The translations under genes were made by a program, and so were the position numbers. This document shows positions 38,883-48,759 of a DNA stretch of 64,000 nucleotides, in pieces (within the stretch, counting starts at the first letter, position 1; every line of letters begins with the position of its first letter). Source of the DNA: Candidatus Nanoarchaeia archaeon. Its GTDB lineage: Archaea; Nanobdellota; Nanobdellia; Woesearchaeales; JANQNE01. The stretch spans positions 25,872 to 89,871 of the forward strand of contig JANQNE010000011.1 of the NCBI GenBank assembly GCA_028279725.1. The letters run 5' to 3'. The notes under the pieces are model-generated. The model saw nothing but the letters and a program-made list of their open reading frames with translations, ran no database searches and was not told the origin of the DNA.

Positions 38883-40670
38883 TTGATGGCAAAATCTAAA
38901 AATATACTGTTTGTTTATCCAAAAACTCCTGAAACTACATACTGGAGCTATGAATATGCTATGCCATTCATAGATAAGAAAGCCACTATTTCTCCTTTAG
39001 GACCAATAACTGTTGCAGCTATGCTTCCAAAAGAGTATTCTGTCAAGCTTATCGATATGAATATTGAGGACCTTAAGGATGAAGATATAAAGAAGGCAGA
39101 TGCTGTCTTCACTTCAACTATGGTTGTTCAGAAGGATTCACTGGAAGAAGTTGTCAATCAGGTAAGAAGATTTGAAAAACCGATTGTTGCAGGAGGGCCT
39201 TTTCCCACACAATTCTATGATAAGATAGAAGGTATTGACCATTTTGTATTAGGGGAAGCGGAATCAGGAGCACTTGATGCTTTTATAAGAGATTTTGAGA
39301 ACGGCAATGCCAAGAAAGCGTATGCCAGGTTTGCTTTTAGAAAAAAAGGTGATGAAAAGGAGGCAGATGAAAGAGAATTTGAAGCACTGAAGAAATTTTT
39401 TGGAGAGAATTCAGATATACAAAAAGTAAGTTCAAGACCAGATATATCAAACAATCCTGTTCCCAGATTTGATCTTCTTAAAATGGATGAGTATGTCTCT
39501 ATTGCGATACAGTATTCCAGAGGATGTCCACATAGCTGTGATTTTTGCAGCGAATCTACATTATATGGTCATAAGATGAGATTAAAAGGATCAAAGAAGA
39601 TAATAAGTGAACTGAAAAAGATATATGATCTGGGATTTAGGGGATCTATATTTGTTGTAGATGATGATTTTATAGGCAATAAAAAACAGGTCAAGGAAGA
39701 TCTTGTAGATATAAAAAAGTTTCAGGAAGACAGAAGATATCCTTTTCCACTTTATACTGAAGCGACCATACTGCTTGCCAAAGATAAAGAACTGATGAGA
39801 AGGATGAGAGATGCTGGCTTCAATATGGTGTTTGTGGGTATAGAAACTCCGGATAAGGAAGTGTTGAAAGACATGGGCAAATCCCAGAATGTTAAGTCTG
39901 ATCTTCTGGAAGATGTTAAGGCTATCCAAAGATATGGTATGGAGGTCAGCGGAGGTTTTATCGTAGGAAATGATAATGATCCTCCTGACATATGTGATAA
40001 GGTCTTTGAGTTCTGTCAGGAAGCAGGGATCCCTACTGCAATGGTCGGATTATTAACTGCATTTAAGGGTTCTCCCCTATTGGACAGGCTGAAAGCAGAA
40101 GGAAGATTACGGAAGGATTCTGAAGGTGATAATACTCATTCTTTTGAACTTAATTTTAAGCCAGTTGAAGGAAAAAATGAAGCAAAGATAATCGGTGATT
40201 ACAAGACTCTTCTGAATAAACTTTATGACAGAACCGGGAAGAACTATTATGCAAGATGTTCTACATTATTAAATAACCTGGGATATAATCCAAAAGGTGC
40301 AAGAGATGTTAATGCCAATGAATTAAGGGCCCTTTTTAGATCAGCCAGAAGAAGTATGTTCAACCCAAACTATTCTAAGTTCATGGCTCATGCTCTTGTA
40401 AGGCATACAAGTGTTTTTCCTGAAGCTGTCAGGATGGCAATAATGGGATATCATCTAAGAAAGATCACTAAACTTTCCTTAAAGGCTGATGAGATAAGCG
40501 GAGTTCTAAAGATGTATGATAATATTGTTCATGAAGGCGGAGAGGTTATAGATTCTATAGGTAAAGTTTTATCTAAGATGAAAAGGAAGATTCAAAGGCT
40601 CCCTGAAGCTTACAGATCAAAGCCTAATGAAATTTACGGAAGAATAATGGAAAAAAATTCAAAAAGATAG
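38883..40670 (+). CDS. B12-binding (class B) radical SAM protein
   Basis: N-terminal cobalamin-binding-like domain. CxxxCxxC radical SAM motif SRGCPHSCDFCSE. 595 aa. Confidence 0.75.
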   Translation: MMAKSKNILFVYPKTPETTYWSYEYAMPFIDKKATISPLGPITVAAMLPKEYSVKLIDMNIEDLKDEDIKKADAVFTSTMVVQKDSLEEVVNQVRRFEKPIVAGGPFPTQFYDKIEGIDHFVLGEAESGALDAFIRDFENGNAKKAYARFAFRKKGDEKEADEREFEALKKFFGENSDIQKVSSRPDISNNPVPRFDLLKMDEYVSIAIQYSRGCPHSCDFCSESTLYGHKMRLKGSKKIISELKKIYDLGFRGSIFVVDDDFIGNKKQVKEDLVDIKKFQEDRRYPFPLYTEATILLAKDKELMRRMRDAGFNMVFVGIETPDKEVLKDMGKSQNVKSDLLEDVKAIQRYGMEVSGGFIVGNDNDPPDICDKVFEFCQEAGIPTAMVGLLTAFKGSPLLDRLKAEGRLRKDSEGDNTHSFELNFKPVEGKNEAKIIGDYKTLLNKLYDRTGKNYYARCSTLLNNLGYNPKGARDVNANELRALFRSARRSMFNPNYSKFMAHALVRHTSVFPEAVRMAIMGYHLRKITKLSLKADEISGVLKMYDNIVHEGGEVIDSIGKVLSKMKRKIQRLPEAYRSKPNEIYGRIMEKNSKR

Positions 40671-40702
40671 TTTTATATACAACCTGCTTACTAATTTTTG
40701 TC

Positions 40703-41737
40703 ATGGAAAAGAGGGATAAGCTGAGGAAATTAGTCGAGGGGAAGAAGGTTTTTCTTGCAACACACTGGGATGCTGATGGTGTTACATCTGGAGCGTTAGT
40801 GTATCATCTGATAAAGCCATTTGCAAAAGAGATCGAAACTGTCTCTAAAGGAGAGACTTTTTTGGTGAACAAAGAAGATGTTAAAGGAGATCCTGATGTT
40901 ATAATCTGTACAGATATAAAGCCTGGAGATATAGACCATAAGAAGACGATATATATCGATCATCACCCATGGGATAAAGATGGAGTTGAGGAGAACGAAT
41001 ATCTTTATTGCATCTTTGACAAAGATATGCAGTCATGCTCTTTGCTGATATGGCATGAGCTATTGCAGGACACTACAAATCCATATTACATTTTTCTGAC
41101 ATTAGTCGGTTATTTTGGAGATGGAGGAAACAGAGAAGAGATCCCTGTTGAGCTGCAGATGCTGGCTGATAAATATCTTAAGCATCAGACAAGTGTAGGT
41201 GTTCATGATCTAATGGAGAAGAAAAATTCAAGATTCAGTGAAGGCTATTATTATGAGATAGAAAGATATGTATCTGCACTAAATACAGGAAAGAGGATGC
41301 ACTGGAGCGGAGATATTCCGTTTGAGCTTCTGAAAAATATCAGCAGCTATAAGCCATATATCTATAAGATGCATCCGATAGCTCAGCAGCTTAATGATTA
41401 CAGATATCAATTAAGAAATCATTATGATATGCAGATAAAACTCTTTGATAAGAAGAAGATACAGTATGCGATGATAGAGTCTGATAAAAATATACAAGGA
41501 GTTCTTTGTGCAAGATATCTCAAAGATAAGCCGATAATTGTCCTGAACAAAAGGAATGGAAGTATCATAGCTAGCATGAGAGTTCCTGATGATGTTGAAT
41601 TTGATGCTGGAGAATTTCTTGGACAGCTTAACGGAAAGATACCTTCTTTAGTTGGAGGAGGTCATGAGAAGGCTGCTGGTGTCACATTAAAAGAAGAAGA
41701 TCTGGATAAATTCTTGGATTTTTTAGATAATAGCTGA
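40703..41737 (+). CDS. DHH-DHHA1 family phosphoesterase (NrnA/RecJ-like)
   Basis: HWDADGVTSG (DHH motif I). IDHHP (DHH). C-terminal GGGHEKAAG (DHHA1). Confidence 0.7.
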   Translation: MEKRDKLRKLVEGKKVFLATHWDADGVTSGALVYHLIKPFAKEIETVSKGETFLVNKEDVKGDPDVIICTDIKPGDIDHKKTIYIDHHPWDKDGVEENEYLYCIFDKDMQSCSLLIWHELLQDTTNPYYIFLTLVGYFGDGGNREEIPVELQMLADKYLKHQTSVGVHDLMEKKNSRFSEGYYYEIERYVSALNTGKRMHWSGDIPFELLKNISSYKPYIYKMHPIAQQLNDYRYQLRNHYDMQIKLFDKKKIQYAMIESDKNIQGVLCARYLKDKPIIVLNKRNGSIIASMRVPDDVEFDAGEFLGQLNGKIPSLVGGGHEKAAGVTLKEEDLDKFLDFLDNS

Positions 41738-41909
41738 TCAAGATATTGGGTTAATCATTTCTAAGTATACAACATATTGTATTATGCAATTCTGGATTTT
41801 ATATAAATTATATATAAACTACTCAGGAGTAGCAATAAAAACGAAACTTTTATAAATGGTTGGAGCCTTATAGAGCTTGATTTAGCTAGTTTGGGGTATA
41901 AACTGAAAA

Positions 41910-44900
41910 ATGAAGGATTTAAGCAGATATCTAGATAAATTTAGAGGCGATTCTGTTAGGTTAGATAGACCTAGCCTTGATGATGATATCCGGACTATAG
42001 TATTCAATTATGAGCCTTTTGTTCTTGATTGGAAAAATTTTAGGAAACTGGAAAGAGATACTGAAAGAGAAGCAGAAGAAGTCTATAAGCAAAGAGCTCT
42101 GAATGGAGACACCTATACTGATATTGAAAAACAGTTTAAAGATGACCCAAAAGGAAGATATGATGCTACGAAAGATAGAGACTGGGTTGAAGGAAAGGTA
42201 AAAGCGTTCAGGCCGGAGATAAAAAGAGCTCTTGAGAGCAAATCAATAATAGGTATTAGACCTGACCAGGAAGATCTTGAGTCTATCTGTATGGATAGGA
42301 ACATCACTTTAGTTGGAAAAGAAGTTGTAGGTATTAATTCTGAATTTATGGTGGGAAATGACATCATACTTTTGGAGACCGAAGTATATGAAAAGGTCTG
42401 TGAGAGGCTAAAAGAAAGCGATGATAAATCAAAAGAGAATGCAGTAGCTACAATCAAGGAAGTTATTGAAGAAGAACTTACTAAAGAGAAACCAAAACTG
42501 CTGATAGTTGATAATGAAATGGGAGAAAGATTGAGGATGACTGAAATAGCTCTAAAATGCGGGTTTAGCACTCGAATAGCTGAAAATCCAGAACAGGCAT
42601 TTCAGATGCTTGAAAAAGAAAAAGACATTGGTACGATAATAACAGGTGATATATTTCCTGGAACTAATGGGCTTGATTTCATAATGGAGCTTAGAAAGAG
42701 AGGAGGAGAACAGCATGCAATACTTGTATCAGATGAGCAGTTCATAGAAAAGGAATATGAAGGAAAAAACCATAAAGAACTGCTTCAGGCAAATGTGAGA
42801 GTTATTGAGAAAGGAGGAAATACAGATCCAGAGATAAGAAGTGAATTTCTTAATGCTAAAGGTAAGATGGATCTTATGGCTGAGAAGACAGATGTACGTA
42901 TAGAGGAGAAAGATTCAAAGATACCAACCTTTGCAGATTTTGAGAATAAGATAAGAGATTACAACAGCAATTCTGGAAAGCTTATAATGCTTGATTCGAA
43001 TGATATCAATGAAGTTATTACATCATTCAAGAGCAAGTTTAAAACACCCGAAGATTATATCACACTTTCAACTTTGAATAATGAAGATATGAAATACATA
43101 TTGACTGTTCCACGTATACTTAAGATTGAAGAGAATGGTGTGGAAGATAAAGCTATCGACCATATGATGGATGTTTTGGATCCTGAGGAAAGAAATCTAG
43201 GAAATGTTCTTGGAAAATTCTATGAAAAGATAAAAGAAGGATGGACTGGAGAAGATGTACAGGAGCTGCTTCGTTCAATCCTACGAAAAGAAGATGTAGG
43301 AGAATCTATCAAGAGTATTTACAGAAATAGAAAGGGTATGGATGATGAAGTAGTCATTGAAAGGAATATGAGAGAAGGTTCTGATTTTAGAACTTCTATA
43401 TTTTTCAGCTATAAGAATGCAGGAAGAGTGGCTGAAAGATACAATCATTATAGTGAGGATAAAAGGATAAAGTATAATCTTGGAATTACAACAGAAAGAG
43501 TAAGCTGGGTTGCAAAGAACAATGCACTGCTTGCCAGGTATCTTGAGATGTTTGGTGCTGCAAAAGGGAAAGTTGAACATGACAGTCTTGTCAATATAAT
43601 AAATCAGGACAGAAAGGATGATGTTGTGAGCATCAAGGAATCAAAGATTACAGTAGATTCAAAATATCATGTTTACGAAGTTACATCAACTTATGGAGAA
43701 AATGAAAAAAGACACAGCATAGTAAAATTCATAACTAATCCAGATTCATTTGAAAGGGAAGTCTATAACTATAATTATTTCAAGAGATTTGACGGAATAA
43801 ATGATGCGAATAGTCTGGTAACTACAACAGTGGAGGATGAAGAAGGAAACAAGAATTATGTTGTTGTACTTAATTTTAAGGAAGGAGTGGAGCCTAGACA
43901 GAATCTTATGACTACTTTTGAAAATATAAGAGAGAGTATCAAGACAGGAGGAGATGATGTTAAGAAAGAGCTTAATGATAAGGCAAATAAAGTAGGGATA
44001 CAGGCTATGTCTGATGTAGGAAGAGTACATGGTGTTGCTCCTGAACTAAAAGGAGATACATACACTTCATTCTATGGTGATTTTAAAAAATACCTTCATT
44101 TCAGGATAGGAGAGTTCCAAGATAATCTTACTGACCTTGTAAAACAGCTTGCTACTGAATTTAAAGATCATATACAAAAGAACTCATCAAGAGTTAAATC
44201 AAACTCTTATTCACTTGTTGAATATCTAGCAAGCATGGATACAACTTTCTATAAGGATACTGTAACAAAGAACATGACTCCTATGGGGGAGGAAGGAGGG
44301 AAGAACTCAGGCAGGTTTGCATCAGTTGATTATGGAGAAGTCAGAAAACTTCCACTGACTTTTGATGTTGCAAATGCAGTACATACTATGTACATACCTG
44401 ATATCAGGGTTGCTGAGGAAGATGGAACAATAGATCAGATGCTGATATCCTATCTTAGTGGATATTGTGAAGGAAGAACATCGTACAATAATGAAGTTAT
44501 GAAGAAGAAAAATGTAAAAAAATATCTTGTAGATAATCTTGAAAGGATGAGAAAAGGGACAGGAAATGAAAGTGTAAGGGAGAATCTATCTGATCTTCTT
44601 AAGATAATAAAGAAGGAAGAGCCAAAACATAAGAGCAGGAAAAAGAAGATGGCATTTTATAAGGATATCATGTCTGGATTTGCTGAGTCAAGCGGATCAG
44701 ATGAGTTAAAAAGAGTTGTAGCGAATGAGATCAAATATTTTGATGAAATAGAAGATAAACCTGACCCATATTTTGGGAAGCTTAAGATCAGGACAAGCAC
44801 TGCGAAAGGAAGAAGAAACAAAAGATATGAGATCATAAGCGATAAATTAAAAGGACCAAGAGATAGGTGGTCAACTAAATTGAATGATGCGTTCGAAAGA

Positions 44901-45212
44901 TTCAAAGCAGATTTCTATGTAAGTATGGCATACAGAGGACAGGTTATAGCAAATACTGTTCCAGTCTATATATTATCAGATCATAATATCAACAAGCAGA
45001 GGAGGGATTATTTTTCATCTGTTATGGGAAATACTACTCAAGCATTAGAGATACTTAGTGAGAAATATATCGGAAAAGAAAAAGGAATGTACTTAAGGAG
45101 AGAGCTAGATGGCGATAAGCTTAATGAAGTTAAGAATGCACTTTCAGATATCAGGAATATATTTGAAAAGATAGATCCGGGGGCTGTTAAGAATGCCGAA
45201 TACAAAGCTTGA
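41910..45212 (+). CDS. Large (1100 aa) hypothetical protein with an embedded CheY-like receiver domain
   Basis: Residues ~190-290: KLLIVDNE...DIGTIITGDIFPGTNGLDFIMELRK...ILVSDE fits the REC consensus. The remainder is unrecognized. A possible kinase-like segment (VKF, VHGV...GD, VDYG) is weak inference only. Confidence 0.5.
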   Translation: MKDLSRYLDKFRGDSVRLDRPSLDDDIRTIVFNYEPFVLDWKNFRKLERDTEREAEEVYKQRALNGDTYTDIEKQFKDDPKGRYDATKDRDWVEGKVKAFRPEIKRALESKSIIGIRPDQEDLESICMDRNITLVGKEVVGINSEFMVGNDIILLETEVYEKVCERLKESDDKSKENAVATIKEVIEEELTKEKPKLLIVDNEMGERLRMTEIALKCGFSTRIAENPEQAFQMLEKEKDIGTIITGDIFPGTNGLDFIMELRKRGGEQHAILVSDEQFIEKEYEGKNHKELLQANVRVIEKGGNTDPEIRSEFLNAKGKMDLMAEKTDVRIEEKDSKIPTFADFENKIRDYNSNSGKLIMLDSNDINEVITSFKSKFKTPEDYITLSTLNNEDMKYILTVPRILKIEENGVEDKAIDHMMDVLDPEERNLGNVLGKFYEKIKEGWTGEDVQELLRSILRKEDVGESIKSIYRNRKGMDDEVVIERNMREGSDFRTSIFFSYKNAGRVAERYNHYSEDKRIKYNLGITTERVSWVAKNNALLARYLEMFGAAKGKVEHDSLVNIINQDRKDDVVSIKESKITVDSKYHVYEVTSTYGENEKRHSIVKFITNPDSFEREVYNYNYFKRFDGINDANSLVTTTVEDEEGNKNYVVVLNFKEGVEPRQNLMTTFENIRESIKTGGDDVKKELNDKANKVGIQAMSDVGRVHGVAPELKGDTYTSFYGDFKKYLHFRIGEFQDNLTDLVKQLATEFKDHIQKNSSRVKSNSYSLVEYLASMDTTFYKDTVTKNMTPMGEEGGKNSGRFASVDYGEVRKLPLTFDVANAVHTMYIPDIRVAEEDGTIDQMLISYLSGYCEGRTSYNNEVMKKKNVKKYLVDNLERMRKGTGNESVRENLSDLLKIIKKEEPKHKSRKKKMAFYKDIMSGFAESSGSDELKRVVANEIKYFDEIEDKPDPYFGKLKIRTSTAKGRRNKRYEIISDKLKGPRDRWSTKLNDAFERFKADFYVSMAYRGQVIANTVPVYILSDHNINKQRRDYFSSVMGNTTQALEILSEKYIGKEKGMYLRRELDGDKLNEVKNALSDIRNIFEKIDPGAVKNAEYKA

Positions 45213-46617
45213 TAGTCCCAGTATAGATCTTCACCTGCACAGCGGTTTTTCTGTCGATAATGAAAATATCTCTCCTGAGGAATGGGCTGAATTTATCTAT
45301 AAAGTAAAGGAGAGCAGGCTTCCTGGACTGAAAGGGATAGCCTTGACTGACCATAACAACATGGTAGGAGTTGAGCCTAATCTTGATGCACTTAGAAAGC
45401 TAGAGAGAAGGAAAGGAGTTGAGCCTTTAGAGTTTATCCCCGGTGTTGAATGCGCTCTTGAGCATGAGAATGTTTCTGCACATATAATTGCTTATTTTGT
45501 ACCTGGCGAAAATGAGAAGATAGAAGATGCACTGCACAGGGCAACGCAGATAAATCCGCTTCTTGAGATAATCAATACTGAATTTACGAGAAGAAAATAC
45601 GGAGTTCTTGCTCTGGAGACAGCTAATGCACATATGAGAAATAAGCTAGGAGATGCTTTTGAACACCCTATCACTATAAAAGAGATGGATGCTGTGATGA
45701 GAGAAGAGCTTCCTGTTTATGAGCTTGACAACTGGATATTCAAGCCAACCTATGAAGATGGAAGTATGACAAAGAACAGGATAACTGAGCTTAACCACAG
45801 GCAGCTTGAGAAGCTTCTTTGCGGGAATCATGAATCAGGAGATATAAAAAGGAATTGGGTAGATCCAAAAGAGGCTGAGATATTGGTAAAAAGAGGAGGA
45901 GTACTCTATCCTGAAAATTTTCCAGGCTACAGTGTACTCAAAGGGATAGAGCAGATACATGAAGCAGGAGCTTTTGCAAGCTTTGCGCATCCTCAGCTTA
46001 CAATAAGGAGCCTTTGTGAAAAAAAATTAGGAAATAAGATAAAAGATGAAGGAGTTAAAGGTGGTTTGAAGCTTGATAGGGTAAAAGATATACAGATTAA
46101 GTATTCAGCTCTGGATGAGACTCTTGTAGAGTTCCAGGATTTTTTAGAGAAAGAGATGATACCAAGAGGGCTGAATGCTATCGAGCTGACAAACCATTAT
46201 TCATATCTTATGGCTGAGTTTGCATATATGACTATAAGTCTTTTGATGTTTGTTGATAATTATAACAGAAGAAATCCTAACAACAGGCTGTATGTAACTG
46301 GAGGATCTGATTTTCATAAGCCGGTAGGAAACAGAAACATAGGAACAGTAAACACAATGTGTGAGAAAGGTGTCCAGCAGCTTATCGAGATATACAGCAA
46401 GATGGACAGCGGCAGCAGGCCAAGATTTGATGAAGGGACAATAAAACAGCTTCATGAGATAATCATGACAGGAACAAGAGATATCTATACAACAGATAAC
46501 AGTGCAAATGAGTTCACCAGAGTCATACCTTACTATCAGCTAACAAGGATGAAAGAGGCAGAAAAAGATCCAAAATCAGGACTTTATCTGCTTCCAGGTT
46601 CAGTCAAGAGTGAGTGA
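45193..46617 (+). CDS. PHP-domain phosphoesterase
   Basis: N-terminal DLHLHSGFS (HxH). TDHNN. C-terminal GGSDFHKP PHP motifs. Start overlaps the end of the 1100-aa gene by 20 nt. Confidence 0.6.
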   Translation: MPNTKLDSPSIDLHLHSGFSVDNENISPEEWAEFIYKVKESRLPGLKGIALTDHNNMVGVEPNLDALRKLERRKGVEPLEFIPGVECALEHENVSAHIIAYFVPGENEKIEDALHRATQINPLLEIINTEFTRRKYGVLALETANAHMRNKLGDAFEHPITIKEMDAVMREELPVYELDNWIFKPTYEDGSMTKNRITELNHRQLEKLLCGNHESGDIKRNWVDPKEAEILVKRGGVLYPENFPGYSVLKGIEQIHEAGAFASFAHPQLTIRSLCEKKLGNKIKDEGVKGGLKLDRVKDIQIKYSALDETLVEFQDFLEKEMIPRGLNAIELTNHYSYLMAEFAYMTISLLMFVDNYNRRNPNNRLYVTGGSDFHKPVGNRNIGTVNTMCEKGVQQLIEIYSKMDSGSRPRFDEGTIKQLHEIIMTGTRDIYTTDNSANEFTRVIPYYQLTRMKEAEKDPKSGLYLLPGSVKSE

Positions 46618-47523
46618 GATCGTCGATCCCAGCACATCATTTATCCTTTGGGCGATATTTCCAAGATATTCAAGAAGGACTATCTCTTTATCGTTCTTGT
46701 TCTTGTACAGGTCTCTTATCTTTTTTTCTACTTTCTGCCTTACTTCATTTATAGCGACTAACTTATCTTTGTCTCCGCTGTAGAATGCTTTGTAGAATTC
46801 AGAGAACATTCCGTTAACATCATTGTATAGAGTAACTGCTTCTTTGCTTATCTTTGTCTTTGCATCTGCATTTTTTGACAAGAATTCTGCAAGATGGTAG
46901 TATTCATCTCCTATACTTTCGATAGACCAGACGATCACATACATGAATGTTGTCTTCTTATAATCTTTGAAGCCTTTTGTGTTAAGGATCCTTTCACAGA
47001 AGTTTGTAAGCTTGTTAACTGTTACCTCTAAAACTTTTATATCTTTTAGTTTTTCAAAATTATTATTTTTTATAGCTTCAAAGCTGCTTTCAGCCATAGA
47101 CTGTATGACCAAAAATACTCTTCTTAATGTAGGGTCAAATTCGCTTTCAAGATCCTGTGATAAGTTTCTGACTAGGCATCTGTTTCCAGACTGCTCTATG
47201 ATCGCATAGCCCATAAGACCTTCCTGGATAGTTGACTGGATTATCTCCAATATCTTAGGATCTGTGAATTTTATCTCAACTTCGTCGTAGCCGCTTTTAT
47301 GGACAGCGAACAATGACCATCTTACTAAGTGAGGATTTAGGTTAGAAACATCTAATGAGATCTTTTTCATCTCGATCCCTTTTGGAGTTGTGATAGTAAG
47401 ATTACTTCCTTCTTCCTTTATATCTAGCTCATCTCCTTTCTTTATGTTGTGTTTTTGAGCCCATTTTCTAGGCAAGGATACTAGCTGTGTACTGTCTGCG
47501 ATCTGTATAACTTTTCTTTTCAT
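46600..47523 (-). CDS. AbrB/SpoVT-domain + PhoU-like putative transcriptional regulator
   Basis: N-terminal swapped-hairpin-like IQIADSTQLVSLPRKWAQKHNIKKGDELDI. Helical C-terminal repeats typical of archaeal PhoU-like regulators. Divergent from the acidic-peptide cluster. Confidence 0.5.
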   Translation of the reverse strand: MKRKVIQIADSTQLVSLPRKWAQKHNIKKGDELDIKEEGSNLTITTPKGIEMKKISLDVSNLNPHLVRWSLFAVHKSGYDEVEIKFTDPKILEIIQSTIQEGLMGYAIIEQSGNRCLVRNLSQDLESEFDPTLRRVFLVIQSMAESSFEAIKNNNFEKLKDIKVLEVTVNKLTNFCERILNTKGFKDYKKTTFMYVIVWSIESIGDEYYHLAEFLSKNADAKTKISKEAVTLYNDVNGMFSEFYKAFYSGDKDKLVAINEVRQKVEKKIRDLYKNKNDKEIVLLEYLGNIAQRINDVLGSTISLTLD

Positions 47524-47676
47524 TTTAAAGCACCCCTCTGTTTTTGATAATTTATATGGAGGTTTTGCTACATTTATAAGTCTTTCGGTTTTATATAAAT
47601 TTTATATATTATAAGAATTAATTATAAATAGCACGGAATAACTCCAACGTTTATAAAACCTTTAAGGAGGGATAAA

Positions 47677-47826
47677 ATGGAGATACCTGATGACTGGAAT
47701 GAAGAAAATGAAGATACCATCTATTCAGAGGATGGAAGAGAAAGTTTAGTAGATAGTGAAGCTATGACACCAGAAGAAGCTGCATTTATGCAGGGTTATA
47801 GTGAAGCTGAAGAAGAGCTTGAATAA
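47677..47826 (+). CDS. Small acidic protein (49 aa), family member 1. Not in the ORF track.
   Basis: AAGGAGGG SD 8 nt upstream. MEIPDDWNEENEDTIYSEDGRESLVDSEAMTPEEAAFMQGYSEAEEELE. Paralogous to 47943-48092 and 48586-48759. Confidence 0.6.
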   Translation: MEIPDDWNEENEDTIYSEDGRESLVDSEAMTPEEAAFMQGYSEAEEELE

Positions 47827-47942
47827 GTGTTTTTTTATATAATTCTTATACGTTTTATAAAATTTAATGGGTAATTATATATATTTGCTTCTATTACTAC
47901 CTCTTATCCAAGGTTAAAATACTATAAATGGGGTGGGGTTGA

Positions 47943-48092
47943 ATGAAAATAATAAAATCAAATTGGATAGATGAGTTAGAGGGTGAGAACTTAAGCGTTT
48001 ATTCTGAAGACGGCAGAGATATGCTTGTAGACGATGATGAGATGACATTAGAGGAAGCTGGCTTTATGCAAGGCTGGGATGAAGCAGGTTAA
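47943..48092 (+). CDS. Small acidic protein (49 aa), family member 2
   Basis: GGGGTGGGG SD. MKIIKSNWIDELEGENLSVYSEDGRDMLVDDDEMTLEEAGFMQGWDEAG shares the YSEDGR..LVD...EMT.EEA.FMQG motif. Confidence 0.6.
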   Translation: MKIIKSNWIDELEGENLSVYSEDGRDMLVDDDEMTLEEAGFMQGWDEAG

Positions 48093-48105
48093 GGGGGTGA
48101 GTGAG

Positions 48106-48225
48106 ATGAGAATAATAGATGATTGGGATGAAGAGCTTAAGGGAGCATTTTTCAAGGAGAAAGGGCTTCATGTAGATGATGAAGATGTGTGGTTTGAGGA
48201 TCTTTTTCCAGAAAAAGCTAGCTGA
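48106..48225 (+). CDS. Small acidic protein (39 aa), divergent family member 3
   Basis: GGGGGTGAGTGAG SD. MRIIDDWDEELKGAFFKEKGLHVDDEDVWFEDLFPEKAS shares the N-terminal DDW.EE motif. Confidence 0.45.
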   Translation: MRIIDDWDEELKGAFFKEKGLHVDDEDVWFEDLFPEKAS

Positions 48226-48270
48226 CAGCGCTTAACAAATTTTTTATAGTTTAAAATTTACTAGTTCTAG

Positions 48271-48510
48271 ATGGATAAAGAGGAAAATATGGATATTTCT
48301 GAGCATAAGAGGGTAAAGAGGTATTTTGAGGAAGAGCTGAAGAGAAGGGATAAGATAATCGATAGATTAAAGGAAGAAAAACGTGTTATTCTAGATTCTT
48401 CGTTCAAAAAAGAAGAGGAAAGGGCTAAACTTAGAGAACAGCTGGATAAACTGCATAAAAGCCATCAAAACCTCTTGAATAGGGTAAAGAAGGATAAAGA
48501 AAGGAGATAG
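48271..48510 (+). CDS. Small basic coiled-coil protein
   Basis: 79-aa Lys/Arg/Glu-rich helical ORF interleaved with the acidic peptide genes. Confidence 0.4.
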   Translation: MDKEENMDISEHKRVKRYFEEELKRRDKIIDRLKEEKRVILDSSFKKEEERAKLREQLDKLHKSHQNLLNRVKKDKERR

Positions 48511-48585
48511 AATTCTATTTTGTTTTTGGTAAAAAGAAAGACTTAAAAATAATATAATCTTTATCGGTGCTCAGAGGGTGAAATA

Positions 48586-48759
48586 ATGAGAGATGATTAT
48601 AAGGAAGAGATTGAGGAAGAGAATGTATATAGTGAAGGCGGTAGAGAGAGCAATCTAGATGATGATGAGATATCGGGCAGTGAAGAAGCATTTATGCGTG
48701 GATATGATGATGCTGAAGAGTATGATGACGGAGATTACTCTGAAAGCGAAGAAGAATAA
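48586..48759 (+). CDS. Small acidic protein (57 aa), family member 4
   Basis: AGAGGGTGA SD. MRDDYKEEIEEENVYSEGGRESNLDDDEISGSEEAFMRGYDDAEEYDDGDYSESEEE shares the family motif. Confidence 0.55.
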   Translation: MRDDYKEEIEEENVYSEGGRESNLDDDEISGSEEAFMRGYDDAEEYDDGDYSESEEE

